From IMG/VR virus record IMGVR_UViG_3300050821_019438: a DNA stretch of 57,925 bases; one strand, given 5' to 3'. Positions 1 to 8,922 of this stretch are shown here, piece by piece (position 1 is the first letter of the stretch; every line of letters starts with the position of its first letter). The notes below the pieces were generated by a model. The model was not told where the DNA came from and searched no databases. It saw only the letters and a program-made list of their open reading frames with translations. The position numbers and the translations under genes were made by a program. The DNA is from an uncultured virus (IMG/VR IMGVR_UViG_3300050821_019438) (taxonomy: Duplodnaviria > Heunggongvirae > Uroviricota > Caudoviricetes).

Positions 1-127
1 CACAGACCCAAAAGACGCACTGCCCTAACGGCCACGAGTACGCAGGCTATAACTTGATATTACACGGAAGGCGCAGATATTGTCGCACCTGCATGAATGA
101 GCATAAACGTAACTTCCGTGCGCGGAG

Positions 128-682
128 CTAACGTGTTGCGACCGGCGCCATGTACGGGTGCTTCGACCACCAGGAAAAGGCTCTTTCCATGCGTCGCCGC
201 GCTTGCGGTTCCCCTGGTTCGCAGTGGCCAACGGTGTAGCCGGTGATGCGGTCGGCTGGCGGCCCGAACTTGCACATGGCCCACGAGTCCCGGAGCGCGC
301 GGAGCATCCCGCGGAAGCATGAGACGCGGTCGGTGAGCCCGCGAGCGTAGTGCGACGGCTCCTCGTCGTGTAGCTGGGCGATGCACCAGGCGTGTCCTCC
401 GTCGCCGGTAGGCTTGTCCTGGCGGTCCACGTCGGAGCGAAACTGTCCTGACTCGTAGCTTGCGATGGCCAGCATGACGAGCGCGGTCTGAGCTCGACCT
501 ATTTCGCCCCCGGCGAATAGCGGAACCTCGTCCGGGTCGAGTGCAACGGTCGCCAGATCGGAAGCGATGCTCTCGTAGCGTGCCTCTGTCTCGGCTCGAG
601 GTGTCTTGGTGTAGTCGTGGACCGAAGGCGGTGCCCAGAGTGACATGGCGGCGAGCAGGTAAGCAGCGAGTCCGTGAAGCAT
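128..682 (-). CDS. Secreted lysozyme-like / lytic transglycosylase-like protein
   Basis: N-terminal hydrophobic signal; LAIASYESGQF and GGHAWCIAQL resemble SLT motifs I (catalytic Glu in ES) and II. Confidence 0.55.
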   Translation of the reverse strand: MLHGLAAYLLAAMSLWAPPSVHDYTKTPRAETEARYESIASDLATVALDPDEVPLFAGGEIGRAQTALVMLAIASYESGQFRSDVDRQDKPTGDGGHAWCIAQLHDEEPSHYARGLTDRVSCFRGMLRALRDSWAMCKFGPPADRITGYTVGHCEPGEPQARRRMERAFSWWSKHPYMAPVATR

Positions 683-819
683 GCGAGACCTCCGTGGTTC
701 TGCGTTCGAAGGAAGGCGGAGGTTCTAGCGCAGACAGAGACTCAAGCGCAAACTTCAATCCTATTCAGCTCATGCGATATGCAGGTTGTGCGCCACGCTG
801 ATGAAGATAAAGTAGACGC

Positions 820-1047
820 ATGGCCACCCTCATCTACTTCTTCATCCAGCTCCTCGTCCTCATCTGCGTGTTCTCGCTATTTTACTACATCATCCAGCTG
901 ATCGTCGGAGAGATCCCAGTGCCGGCAAAGTCGAAGGTAAGAGCAGCGCTGCTCATCCTCCTCTGCCTCATCGCGATTTGCTGCCTGCTCGGTAGCGTCG
1001 GTTTATGGGACGCGCCGTGGGCGTTCAGCCATCGTCCGAAGTGGTAG
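820..1047 (+). CDS. Small two-TM membrane protein
   Basis: 75 aa, two long hydrophobic helices; lone plus-strand gene between minus-strand genes. Confidence 0.7.
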   Translation: MATLIYFFIQLLVLICVFSLFYYIIQLIVGEIPVPAKSKVRAALLILLCLIAICCLLGSVGLWDAPWAFSHRPKW

Positions 1048-1078
1048 TGGCGCTACGACCTAGCGCTTGCGCTTCGCC

Positions 1079-1621
1079 TCAGTTGAGTTGTGATGTTGAG
1101 CCTTGCGGACCGGGCACGCGTCCCATTCCCGCGGCAGGACCTGTGAGACCGACAGCGCCTCCGGTACCTCCGGTCGCGCCCGTGGCACCCGTGGGTCCTG
1201 ATGTCGTGCTCGCGGAGGCGGTCGACGACATGATGACAGAGCCGACTACGAAGAGGACCGCGGCACCTGCGGCGGCGATGGCGACTTTCTGGCCGGTGGA
1301 GAGACCACTGCTGCTGCTTCTGGAGCTCTTACGTCTTCGCATGGGATTGTTTCCTCCGTATTCGAGTAGACCCTTGCGGACCTTCTCGAAGTGAGCTTTG
1401 GCTTCGGCGCGGCTTCCCGCTCTCGTTGTGAAGGTTCTACCAGACTCCTCGTCATACCACTCGTAGACCGGAGCTCCAGAGCCGAAGTATTTTCCCTCCC
1501 ACGTGTAGCCGTTGCGATCGAGCCGTACACGTTGAAAGTCGATTCGACCCAAGGGAGCAACAGGTGGACTCACACGATTGTAGGAGCCCGTTCTAGGGTC
1601 TAGTTCGAACCTGACAGCCAT
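1079..1621 (-). CDS. NP-TM family protein (soluble N-domain, NNP, basic patch, TM, G/T/A-rich tail)
   Basis: ...GGNNPMRRRKSS...GLSTGQKVAIAAAGAAVLFVVGSVIM. Confidence 0.7.
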   Translation of the reverse strand: MAVRFELDPRTGSYNRVSPPVAPLGRIDFQRVRLDRNGYTWEGKYFGSGAPVYEWYDEESGRTFTTRAGSRAEAKAHFEKVRKGLLEYGGNNPMRRRKSSRSSSSGLSTGQKVAIAAAGAAVLFVVGSVIMSSTASASTTSGPTGATGATGGTGGAVGLTGPAAGMGRVPGPQGSTSQLN

Positions 1622-1630
1622 TCGGAGAGA

Positions 1631-2719
1631 TTAGACCCGCTCCCGACAGAAGTCGAGATTCCGCTGCACGCGCTCCCGCTCGTTCTCGGGCAGCCCTTGT
1701 CCGCTCAAGAGCTCCTCGTTTAGCGAAAAAGCCTCATCGTACCGACCGGTCCAGTAGGCCGCTACGGCGTGCTCGTCCTTCGCGCGCCACGCGTAGACCG
1801 AGTCGTCGATGAACAGGATGTCGTCGGGCCGTGGCAACTTACTCGCGAGACGGGCGAACGGGTAGCCCGCGGCGACGCGGTCCTGTTCGCGCATGTACAT
1901 CGCCAAGTAGCAGAGGGACTCGGCACGTGTCGGTCGGCGCTCGTACGCGTGCAGGAAGGCGTTGATGACGGTGGGGGTGCTGAGCTTCAGCTTCGCGTTG
2001 ATCTTGGCGACTTCGAGCAGTGAGTACCACGTCTCCTCTTCGAACCCGTTCATTGCGGCCCGCTGGGAGTAAACGTCCCACGCTCTCTTGAGCAACCCAG
2101 CATCGCGGTAGCTTTGGGCAAGATAGAACATGTAGCGAGCGCGCAGGTGAGCCGGAGCGTTAGCGAGAGCAGCTTGGAGAACCGCGGCGTCTTTTTCGAA
2201 CTTCTTCGGATCGGACGAGCGTGATCCTCTTGCTCCATTGAACGAGCACCGGTAAGTGAGTTCTTCCAGGCGCTCTTCCGTGCGTTCAGGAGCCGACAGT
2301 AGAACCTCGTGCAGGACGCCCTCGTAGTGGAAGTCGAGGTCGGGACGAAAGAGTTGCGTCCGATAGTACGTCGTACCCGCGTACTCGATGCGGAGCTTGT
2401 AAGAATCGGCCGTGAGAGGAGGCAGGGTGAAGCCCTCTGACGTAGAGAGAATATCGTCGGCATCCATCACGAGGACGTAATCGGCTTTGCCGCGGGCAAG
2501 CTCGATAGCCTCATTGCGGTTGCTTGCAAAGTCCTTCCACGGGCGTTCGTGAAGCTCGCCGGGGATGGCCTGCATGCATAAGCCGATGAGGGCTTGTGTG
2601 TTATCGGTCGAGCCGGTGTCGACGATGACCCACGAGTCGATAAATGGCTTTACCGACGCGAGGCAGCGCGCGATGACGCTCGCCTCGTTCTTCACGATCA
2701 TGCTGAGGCAGACGGTCAT
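1631..2719 (-). CDS. Glycosyltransferase family 2 with C-terminal TPR repeats
   Basis: CLSMIVKNEA, VDTGSTD, DFASNRN, MDADD (DxD), YEGVLHE; TPR-like FYLAQSYRDAG. Confidence 0.9.
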   Translation of the reverse strand: MTVCLSMIVKNEASVIARCLASVKPFIDSWVIVDTGSTDNTQALIGLCMQAIPGELHERPWKDFASNRNEAIELARGKADYVLVMDADDILSTSEGFTLPPLTADSYKLRIEYAGTTYYRTQLFRPDLDFHYEGVLHEVLLSAPERTEERLEELTYRCSFNGARGSRSSDPKKFEKDAAVLQAALANAPAHLRARYMFYLAQSYRDAGLLKRAWDVYSQRAAMNGFEEETWYSLLEVAKINAKLKLSTPTVINAFLHAYERRPTRAESLCYLAMYMREQDRVAAGYPFARLASKLPRPDDILFIDDSVYAWRAKDEHAVAAYWTGRYDEAFSLNEELLSGQGLPENERERVQRNLDFCRERV

Positions 2720-2910
2720 GCCTGCGCCCCGTCTGGGCAGTTGGCGTGTCCTGTTGCAAACGATGTCGTTCTACGCCATTTCTCGTGTTCGGTGCAAACG
2801 CGAACGCAGCCGCGGTGGTCGTGCACGGTTGCCGTGGCAGGGACCTCCTTCCCAAGTCCCTGCCGGCAATAGAAGCAGACGTTCGCAGCGTTGGCTTCCG
2901 AGATGCTCAT
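2716..2910 (-). CDS. Small Cys/His-rich hypothetical protein
   Basis: CxxC...CxxH; stop overlaps the GT2 start (ATGA). Confidence 0.5.
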   Translation of the reverse strand: MSISEANAANVCFYCRQGLGKEVPATATVHDHRGCVRVCTEHEKWRRTTSFATGHANCPDGAQA

Positions 2911-4233
2911 TCACTTTGGCCAGTGATTCTTGAGGCCGAGTGACGCCCACTCCTGAGCCTGTTCGAGCGTCACGGGCGGAGACCAGTGATTGCGGATTCC
3001 GTCGACAGCCCATATCTCTGCCTGACCGAGCGAGACGTTGGATGCTGGCGCGGGAGGTGGAGGCAGAACAGGAGGAGGAATCGGTGGGGTGGGAGCCGGG
3101 CCAGTGGTGGGCGGTGCCGGTGGTGCAACGCTCGAGATCGCGCTGATGAACGCATCGCCGTTGGGCGAGCCAAGGCCCGTCGCCGGGTCCCATCCTGCCG
3201 CTGCGGGGTCGCCGTTCGAACCCTCGGTGATGTCGTTGCACGCTGTTGCTCGAGCCGAGTAGACGTCCGCCGTGAGTCGTCCGCTGATCGCGCCCTTCGC
3301 GACGCCTCGAGCGACCGCGACGAGCGCAGCCGTGAAGGGGGACGATGCGCTCGTGCCACCGATGACGGTCCACGAGCCGTTGGCGCTCATCTGCCAGCCG
3401 CTGTTCGGGTCGGCGTTCGCCGAGGTGTCCGGGACGCCGCGGACCGTACCGGGCACGATGCCGCTCTGGAAAGAAGGCTGAGGTACGGTTGGGTCGAACC
3501 CACCGCCGCCGCCCTCGTCGCCCGCGTTTCCGTCCCCCCAGGCGGCCTCGTCGGAGCGAGCTCCGGTCGAGTCGATGACGAGGCGTGTACCACCGACGGC
3601 CCAGACGTTCGGATCGGAGCACGGGTAGTCCGCCGAGGGGGAAGAGGTCCCGTCGTCGACGGAGTTATCGCCCGCCGCCGCGAAGAACGTGACGCCCTTG
3701 GTGACCCCGTCGGCGAATGCCTTGGCAAGAGCGGCGCGGTCGGATGCGGCCCATTGGTCTGCGGCCGAGCCCCACGACCAGCTCATGACTTCGATCCCTG
3801 CCGAGATGAGGTCTTCGGTCACGAGCGCCATGCCGGCGCCGACGTTGGGACCGAAGCAGATCGTGATGTCGGCCGGCGTGCCGGTGAGCCACCACCAAGC
3901 GAAGGACATGGTCGGCACGATGTCGAGCATGTTCTCGATGTTCGAGTCTTGATCGGATGACGGGTCGTTGACCGCACCGTCGACGGTTCGCACGGTCAGG
4001 TTCGGCGCCGCCATGCCCCAGCGCGCGACCGAGTTGTCGATGTCGGACTGCACGACGCCACCACCGAGACTACCGATGCCGAGCTTGACGCTCGGAATGC
4101 CGGCGAACTGGTTTTGCTTGAACCCGTACGCGGTGAGAATCTGCGCGGGCGAGAGCGAGCCGGCGGGGAAGCTCGGTGAGGAGGCGAGGCGAACTCCACG
4201 AAGGCGCGGATGGTGACGATGATAGTGGTGCAC
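2911..4233 (-). CDS. Sedolisin/kumamolisin-like S53 serine peptidase lacking the pro-domain
   Basis: ENMLD (catalytic E/D), SWSWG, AAAGDN (oxyanion Asp), RGVPD, GGTSASSP (catalytic Ser), GWDPATGLGSP Ca site; Pro-rich linker and small C-domain. Confidence 0.9.
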   Translation of the reverse strand: MHHYHRHHPRLRGVRLASSPSFPAGSLSPAQILTAYGFKQNQFAGIPSVKLGIGSLGGGVVQSDIDNSVARWGMAAPNLTVRTVDGAVNDPSSDQDSNIENMLDIVPTMSFAWWWLTGTPADITICFGPNVGAGMALVTEDLISAGIEVMSWSWGSAADQWAASDRAALAKAFADGVTKGVTFFAAAGDNSVDDGTSSPSADYPCSDPNVWAVGGTRLVIDSTGARSDEAAWGDGNAGDEGGGGGFDPTVPQPSFQSGIVPGTVRGVPDTSANADPNSGWQMSANGSWTVIGGTSASSPFTAALVAVARGVAKGAISGRLTADVYSARATACNDITEGSNGDPAAAGWDPATGLGSPNGDAFISAISSVAPPAPPTTGPAPTPPIPPPVLPPPPAPASNVSLGQAEIWAVDGIRNHWSPPVTLEQAQEWASLGLKNHWPK

Positions 4234-4244
4234 GGCTTTCTCCT

Positions 4245-4460
4245 TTAGGTTACGACAACGTGGTTGTACGCCGCGTCAGCCGCCGCGCGCCACGCTTCTT
4301 TGTACTCATGGGCGAGGTCTTCCCACGTGGGAGCCTCGATGCTCTCCCAGGCGTTGAGCGCTCTCAAGTAGACCGTGTACGCTTCCTTCGCGCGAGCTTC
4401 GCGCGCGTCATCGTCCCCTGTAATTGAAGCTGAGCATCTCTGAGTATCGTCCGGGCTCAC
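4245..4460 (-). CDS. Hypothetical protein
   Basis: 71-aa ORF in operon; PTWEDL..EYKEAWRAAA helical motif. Confidence 0.6.
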   Translation of the reverse strand: MSPDDTQRCSASITGDDDAREARAKEAYTVYLRALNAWESIEAPTWEDLAHEYKEAWRAAADAAYNHVVVT

Positions 4461-4464
4461 GACG

Positions 4465-4920
4465 TTACTTTGCGGCGGGCGCGGGAGCCGGAGGTGCGGA
4501 AACAGAAGCGCTCGGAGGAATGACGACGTGTTGCATCACGAGCGCGGCAGCGTGAACCTTGTTCAGGCGGGCCTTGTTGAGTGCGACGGAGCCGCCGTCG
4601 AGCCCTGGGGCCCCAGCGAGAGCTTGTTCGATCCACGCGATGATTTGCTCGACCGTGGCCGTGCCGTACTGCGAGCACGCGGCGAGAATTGCCGAGATCA
4701 AACTGGCGGGGTCCGAGATGGCTTCGACGATGTCGCCGATCGCGGCCTGGACCACGCAGATTCCGAGCGGAGGGAGCGAGCCCAGGATCGGAGTCGGTGA
4801 AGGGAGGGTCGCCCCGCACCCCTCCTCTACTGCGGCCGTGACCGCGACGCCTCCGACGGGTGCCGCAGCGACGAGAAGGGGGAGGGTGACGGCGAGGAGG
4901 GTCTTGCGAGTGCGGGTCAT
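4465..4920 (-). CDS. Secreted or lipoprotein-like hypothetical protein
   Basis: Basic N-terminus, hydrophobic signal, three Cys, Pro/Ala tail. Confidence 0.65.
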   Translation of the reverse strand: MTRTRKTLLAVTLPLLVAAAPVGGVAVTAAVEEGCGATLPSPTPILGSLPPLGICVVQAAIGDIVEAISDPASLISAILAACSQYGTATVEQIIAWIEQALAGAPGLDGGSVALNKARLNKVHAAALVMQHVVIPPSASVSAPPAPAPAAK

Positions 4921-5093
4921 GCGGCCTCTTTTTGCGCGGGTGGCGTAGGTGGGTCGAGAAAGGCGGACTTTTTCTCGGGGATGATCTCCTTACCACCTCT
5001 CATGCCCTCGACCAAGGTTTCGTGGCCGAAGACGGCCAAGATGCTGGACTGGACGCCGTCGATGATGGCCTGTCCGAGAGGTTTGCCTGCGCA
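4917..5093 (-). pseudogene. 5'-truncated gene remnant, possibly a holin-like C-terminus
   Basis: CAGKPLGQAIIDGVQSSILAVFGHETLVEGMRGGKEIIPEKK...* has coding-like codon usage and an ATGA overlap with the next gene, but is directly preceded by TAA TAG. Confidence 0.4.
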
Positions 5094-5132
5094 CTATTAC
5101 CTCGAAGCTCCCTTGCGTTGCGCGCACGTCCG

Positions 5133-5318
5133 TCACGGGTGCGCCTTCGCCTTTGCGAGCTGCCCGATGCAGACGTCGCAGTAGTAGTACGTGAAAGCTT
5201 CGGAGCGAACGTCCACGCGCACCCCGCGAACCGCACGCGGTCCCCGCTCACGCGCGCAGCACGCACACGGCTCACCGATTCGGTTGACCGGCGTGAACGT
5301 GATCTTGGTCTTCACCAT
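5133..5318 (-). CDS. Small Zn-finger-like hypothetical protein
   Basis: MVKTKITF...CACC...CDVC; lies between junction motifs; exact start approximate. Confidence 0.45.
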   Translation of the reverse strand: MVKTKITFTPVNRIGEPCACCARERGPRAVRGVRVDVRSEAFTYYYCDVCIGQLAKAKAHP

Positions 5319-5348
5319 TCCAGCGATCTCCCACGAAAAGCGCGCACG

Positions 5349-5502
5349 GTCATCGCCGTCCGCTCTCGTACTTCTCCGCTGCCGCACACCTCTCGCATGA
5401 GCACTCGCACTTTCCTCCAGACCGTCGGAAGCACCCGCAGTACGCCCGACGACAGTGCACCCGGACCCTCACGGCCTTCGGCTTCCCTTTCTTGGCGCGC
5501 AT
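5349..5502 (-). CDS. Small Cys-rich hypothetical protein (~50 aa, not in ORF track)
   Basis: MRAKKGKPKAVRVRVHCRRAYCGC...CECSCERC...; starts in one RTGCGCGC motif and stops next to the following one; ends approximate. Confidence 0.4.
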
Positions 5503-5511
5503 TTCTGGGAG

Positions 5512-6528
5512 TCACTTTCCCACGGTTCCCGAACACGGTCCGGTGTAGGCCGTCGCCCCGCAATCGTCGCAAATTCCGCCCCTGTCGAAGTGGTGCACCC
5601 GCAGGTGCGCGAGGCCATCCACTGCGTCCATAGGACCTTCGATCACGCCGACGCGCCTCTCGGCGAGGGCTCGATAGTCGCCATTCAATTCGATGCCGAC
5701 GAAGCCTCGTCCCAATTGACTGGCGACGGCCAGCGTCGTCCCGCTGCCCGCGAATGGGTCTAGGACGATGTCGTCAACGCGCGTGCCAGCCAAGATGCAG
5801 CGCCGCGGTAGCTCGGGTGGGAAGACAGCGAAGTGCGCTCCCTTGTAGGGTTGGGTCGGGATCGTCCAGACGGAACGGGCGTGCCGCATTGTCCGCTCGA
5901 CCCTGACTAGCTGAGAGACTCGCCCTAAGCCGGCCGCCGCCGTCTTCCCCTTCGTGAAAAGGCTACCTCGCGCCCCGACAACGGCGGGCTCCTCAATAGC
6001 CTTCTCGTCGTAGAAATACCGGAGCGACTTCGTCAGCAAGAAGATGTACTCGTGAGCACGAGTAGGACGGTCCTTCACGCTCTCGGGCATCGTGTTCGGC
6101 TTGCTCCAAACGATGTCCGCTCGTAGGTACCACCCATCATCTTGAAGCGCGAAGGCCGTACGCCACGGGATGCCGGCGAGATCCTTGCGCTTGTAGCCGG
6201 GGACAGACACGTCGTTCGGACGCAGTCCGAAACGGCGGGCACTCTGTTTCGGGTCCACGCCGTGTGCCCGACCCTTCGCGTTGATGAGCGTGTCGCCGAG
6301 ATTGAGCCAAAGCGTCCCGTCGTCGCGGAGCACCCGGCGCACCTCGGCGAAGATCGTCACCAGCTTGGCGACGTACTCCCGAGGCAACTTCTCGGTTCCG
6401 AGCTGGCCTGGAGTGCCGTAGTCGCGCAGGCCCCAATAGGGCGGGCTGGTGACGCAGCACTGAACCGAAGCCTCGGGCAGAGTACGGAGGACGGCGAGGG
6501 CGTCCCCGGTGTGGATGACCCCGTTCAT
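5512..6528 (-). CDS. Orphan N4-cytosine/N6-adenine DNA methyltransferase (beta class)
   Basis: VTSPPYWGLRDY (motif IV) precedes VLDPFAGSGTT (motif I); HFAVFP; extra C-terminal CxxC tail. Confidence 0.92.
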   Translation of the reverse strand: MNGVIHTGDALAVLRTLPEASVQCCVTSPPYWGLRDYGTPGQLGTEKLPREYVAKLVTIFAEVRRVLRDDGTLWLNLGDTLINAKGRAHGVDPKQSARRFGLRPNDVSVPGYKRKDLAGIPWRTAFALQDDGWYLRADIVWSKPNTMPESVKDRPTRAHEYIFLLTKSLRYFYDEKAIEEPAVVGARGSLFTKGKTAAAGLGRVSQLVRVERTMRHARSVWTIPTQPYKGAHFAVFPPELPRRCILAGTRVDDIVLDPFAGSGTTLAVASQLGRGFVGIELNGDYRALAERRVGVIEGPMDAVDGLAHLRVHHFDRGGICDDCGATAYTGPCSGTVGK

Positions 6529-6740
6529 TGCAGAACGAGACACACCACGGCCGCCAGGACGGGCGCGATCCGAAACCGGGTGCTCCGGTACCCCAGCCCG
6601 TGCGGGGTGCTCAGCGACACCCTAGCGGCCCGGCGCATGGCCTCCTCGGCCCGGTCGACGTTGGCGTAGACCGTCGTGCCGAACTGCACCCACCGATGAA
6701 TCCCAGCCGCGTCGACCACCTGCTTCATCACCTTGAACAT
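6525..6740 (-). CDS. Hypothetical protein
   Basis: GAGGAGG RBS; ATGA overlap with the methyltransferase. Confidence 0.65.
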   Translation of the reverse strand: MFKVMKQVVDAAGIHRWVQFGTTVYANVDRAEEAMRRAARVSLSTPHGLGYRSTRFRIAPVLAAVVCLVLQ

Positions 6741-6798
6741 CGTCCTACCTCCTCACTTGACAGAGCCGATTCCCCACGAAAAGCGCGCACGTGCGCGG

Positions 6799-7095
6799 TC
6801 ACGACTTTCGACTTCTCGGCGGCGGTGCCGTCACACGCCGAACCTGGTCATCGTTCATCTGCGTCCAGCAGCTTCCTTCGTAGACGAACACGCGACCGTG
6901 TTGGTCGAGCCCGTACAGCGTGCGGTCGTGGTTGCCATCGGACGCTGGTATCACCGCTATCTGCCGCAGCCGCACATGGCAGTCCTTGTCGTGGCATTCG
7001 GTCAACGTCTTCCCGTGACCGCAGAGGGACACCGGGGTCGGCTTGTCTGAGCAAACGCACTGCACGCTCCTGCAATCGGGGCACTCTCCGCTCAT
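6799..7095 (-). CDS. Cys-rich hypothetical cassette protein
   Basis: GGAGG RBS within the repeat motif; CxxC motifs. Confidence 0.65.
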   Translation of the reverse strand: MSGECPDCRSVQCVCSDKPTPVSLCGHGKTLTECHDKDCHVRLRQIAVIPASDGNHDRTLYGLDQHGRVFVYEGSCWTQMNDDQVRRVTAPPPRSRKS

Positions 7096-7104
7096 CGCCT
7101 CCGC

Positions 7105-7290
7105 CTACCCTTTCATCGCGCGCACCGGCCCGCACTCGGGACAATGCTCTCCGGCAAGTACCCACCGAGCGTGGCAAGCGGCGTGGATCTCGCTGAAGAT
7201 GTCATCGGCGACCACGAGTAGACGCGCAGCTTCGCCCGCCTCACTCGTGCCCATCTCTCGCAGCTTCACCATCATCTCGTCACGCCCCAT
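7105..7290 (-). CDS. Hypothetical cassette protein (C-terminal CPEC)
   Basis: Bounded by motifs; last codons VRAMKG* are supplied by the motif. Confidence 0.6.
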   Translation of the reverse strand: MGRDEMMVKLREMGTSEAGEAARLLVVADDIFSEIHAACHARWVLAGEHCPECGPVRAMKG

Positions 7291-7316
7291 GCGTCTTCCT
7301 CTGAATCGCGCGCACG

Positions 7317-7532
7317 TCAGTGCGCTCCCTTCTGGAATTCACGCCCACGAATCGGGTTCTTCTCGCACCACTCGGGACTCGACAGACAGACGTATACGAC
7401 GCGCCCATCTTCGGTCCGTTCATCCGTGTCGCCGACAGAGGATCCGCACCGCGCGCATTGGACATCCTCCTCGTCCCCTACGCGGAAAAACTCCACACCG
7501 TCGACGACCCTGATAGTCTTCACCTTGTCCAC
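7317..7532 (-). CDS. Hypothetical cassette protein (Zn-ribbon-like)
   Basis: GGAGGAGG RBS, GTG start, CARC...C..C. Confidence 0.6.
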   Translation of the reverse strand: MDKVKTIRVVDGVEFFRVGDEEDVQCARCGSSVGDTDERTEDGRVVYVCLSSPEWCEKNPIRGREFQKGAH

Positions 7533-7644
7533 GTCGTCCTCCTCCGAATCGCGCGCACAGGCGCTCTTCCAAATCGGCGACGTAAAACCCGGCTTGCTCC
7601 GCCATCTCCACCAACGTATCCCTGGTCACCACGATCTTCGACAT
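7420..7644 (-). CDS. Short cassette ORF reading through the next junction motif
   Basis: Motif-borne RBS then MSKIVVTRDTLVEMAEQAG; no stop at the 7551 motif, so it overlaps the next gene. Confidence 0.4.
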   Translation of the reverse strand: MSKIVVTRDTLVEMAEQAGFYVADLEERLCARFGGGRRGQGEDYQGRRRCGVFPRRGRGGCPMRAVRILCRRHG

Positions 7645-7688
7645 CGCCTCCGCCTACCCTTTCATTCGCGCGCACGATCACTCCGCGT

Positions 7689-7913
7689 TCATGGCATCGC
7701 CTTCGCCGCGAGCTCACGGAACTCGCGCTCTGCGGCAGCGTCAGCCGCCTCGTATGCGCTCATCCACCGTGCGAGGATGCGGCTCACCTCGGCAGTGTCG
7801 GGCTTCTCCTCGACGATAGCGGCCCAGATGCGGGCGGCCTTGCCGTGCTTGTAGCGCTGGTCCCACGCTTCGGCCTCGCGCGACCGAGCAGCCTCTGCGA
7901 CGCTCATGCTCAT
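7689..7913 (-). CDS. Hypothetical helical protein
   Basis: MSMSVAEAAR...; ATGA overlap with the upstream gene. Confidence 0.6.
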   Translation of the reverse strand: MSMSVAEAARSREAEAWDQRYKHGKAARIWAAIVEEKPDTAEVSRILARWMSAYEAADAAAEREFRELAAKAMP

Positions 7914-8167
7914 GGTCGCCTCATGGTGACTGTTGGTTCTGGTGGAGCTGGCGCCCAAAGCGCACAGAAGGTCGCATGCGGTCGCGCGTCGCACGTGCAG
8001 ACGTTCATCGGCGTCTGTACGAAGTGGCATGAGCACGCGCCCTCGCACATGCAAAGGTTACTCGGGTGGTTGTCGCACGGATGGGTAGCCATCTCGTCTT
8101 CATGGTCGCGGTCGTAGTCCCATGCGCCACGAGTGATCTCCTCCGGCTTGATTCCCGTCATCGGCAT
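7910..8167 (-). CDS. Cys/His-rich hypothetical cassette protein
   Basis: AAGGAGGGCTAGACGATG start; many Cys and His. Confidence 0.6.
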   Translation of the reverse strand: MPMTGIKPEEITRGAWDYDRDHEDEMATHPCDNHPSNLCMCEGACSCHFVQTPMNVCTCDARPHATFCALWAPAPPEPTVTMRRP

Positions 8168-8193
8168 CGTCTAGCCCTCCTTCGCGCGCACGG

Positions 8194-8409
8194 TCACGCG
8201 CTCGATTTCGAGTCCACGCGGGGCGTTGCCCACGCAAACGTCGGTTGTGCTGCTGTCCGCGCCACGTAGGTCTTCGTCCCCGGCTTGCGGTCGTAGTAGC
8301 GAGCGGCCCTCCACTCGTAGAGGAAGGGCCACAAGTGTCCCACCTTCTCACGCCGGACCTCCCGACCGTCCCTCTCCACAAGTCGCACGACGTACACCCG
8401 CTTCCCCAT
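8194..8409 (-). CDS. Hypothetical cassette protein
   Basis: AAGGAGGGCTAGACGATG start; stop lies in the next motif. Confidence 0.65.
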   Translation of the reverse strand: MGKRVYVVRLVERDGREVRREKVGHLWPFLYEWRAARYYDRKPGTKTYVARTAAQPTFAWATPRVDSKSSA

Positions 8410-8461
8410 CGTCTAGCCCTCCTTCGCGCGCACGGTGGCGCTCACGATTTCGACTCCACGA

Positions 8462-8677
8462 TTACAGCAACCCAGCTTCGCGCAGCTCTCGCTCTGCATC
8501 GTTACTCGCCGCACATGCGACCCGGATTGCCTCGTCTCTCTCGGCCCTCGCCTTCCGCACTTCGGCGACAAGCTCCCGGATGACGCGACCCGTACGACCG
8601 AGACCTTCGAGTCCGGCGTACTCGCGAAGGATGGTCGCAAGCGGGTCTTCCTGCTCAGCTTCTTTCGTTTCCGTCAT
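8462..8677 (-). CDS. Hypothetical coiled-coil cassette protein
   Basis: AAGGAGGGCTAGATG start. Confidence 0.65.
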   Translation of the reverse strand: MTETKEAEQEDPLATILREYAGLEGLGRTGRVIRELVAEVRKARAERDEAIRVACAASNDAERELREAGLL

Positions 8678-8700
8678 CTAGCCCTCCTTCGCGCGCATTT

Positions 8701-8877
8701 TCAGTGATTCACTGCCCGGCGTTTCAGCTCTCGAACAAGCCGGCGGACAACCTCTCGCATGTAGGCGACGACCTCCGCGTCTGTCGAAAACGACTCGTCC
8801 TCGGTATCAGACTCCAACACCTCAGCGGCCCAGAGCAGTGCATCAATCCGAGCCCTTCTCCTCTTCGCTCGCTTCAC
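8701..8877 (-). CDS. Hypothetical cassette protein (58 aa, not in ORF track)
   Basis: GTG start MKRAKRRRARIDALLWAAEVLE...; flanked by two ATCACnGAAAATGCGCGCGA copies. Confidence 0.55.
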   Translation of the reverse strand: MKRAKRRRARIDALLWAAEVLESDTEDESFSTDAEVVAYMREVVRRLVRELKRRAVNH

Positions 8878-8922
8878 CTGTCACCGCCCTTTCTTGATTG
8901 CCTCGCGCGCATTTTCGGTGAT

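Larger units (their letters stand above)
5120..8912 (-). repeat. Dispersed gene-junction motif RTGCGCGC (12 junction copies), often extended into RBS and start codon
   Basis: Plus-strand GCGCGCAY at 5120, 5340, 5495, 6783, 7118, 7308, 7551, 7668, 8184, 8426, 8691, 8905; same orientation, at gene boundaries. Confidence 0.85.
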
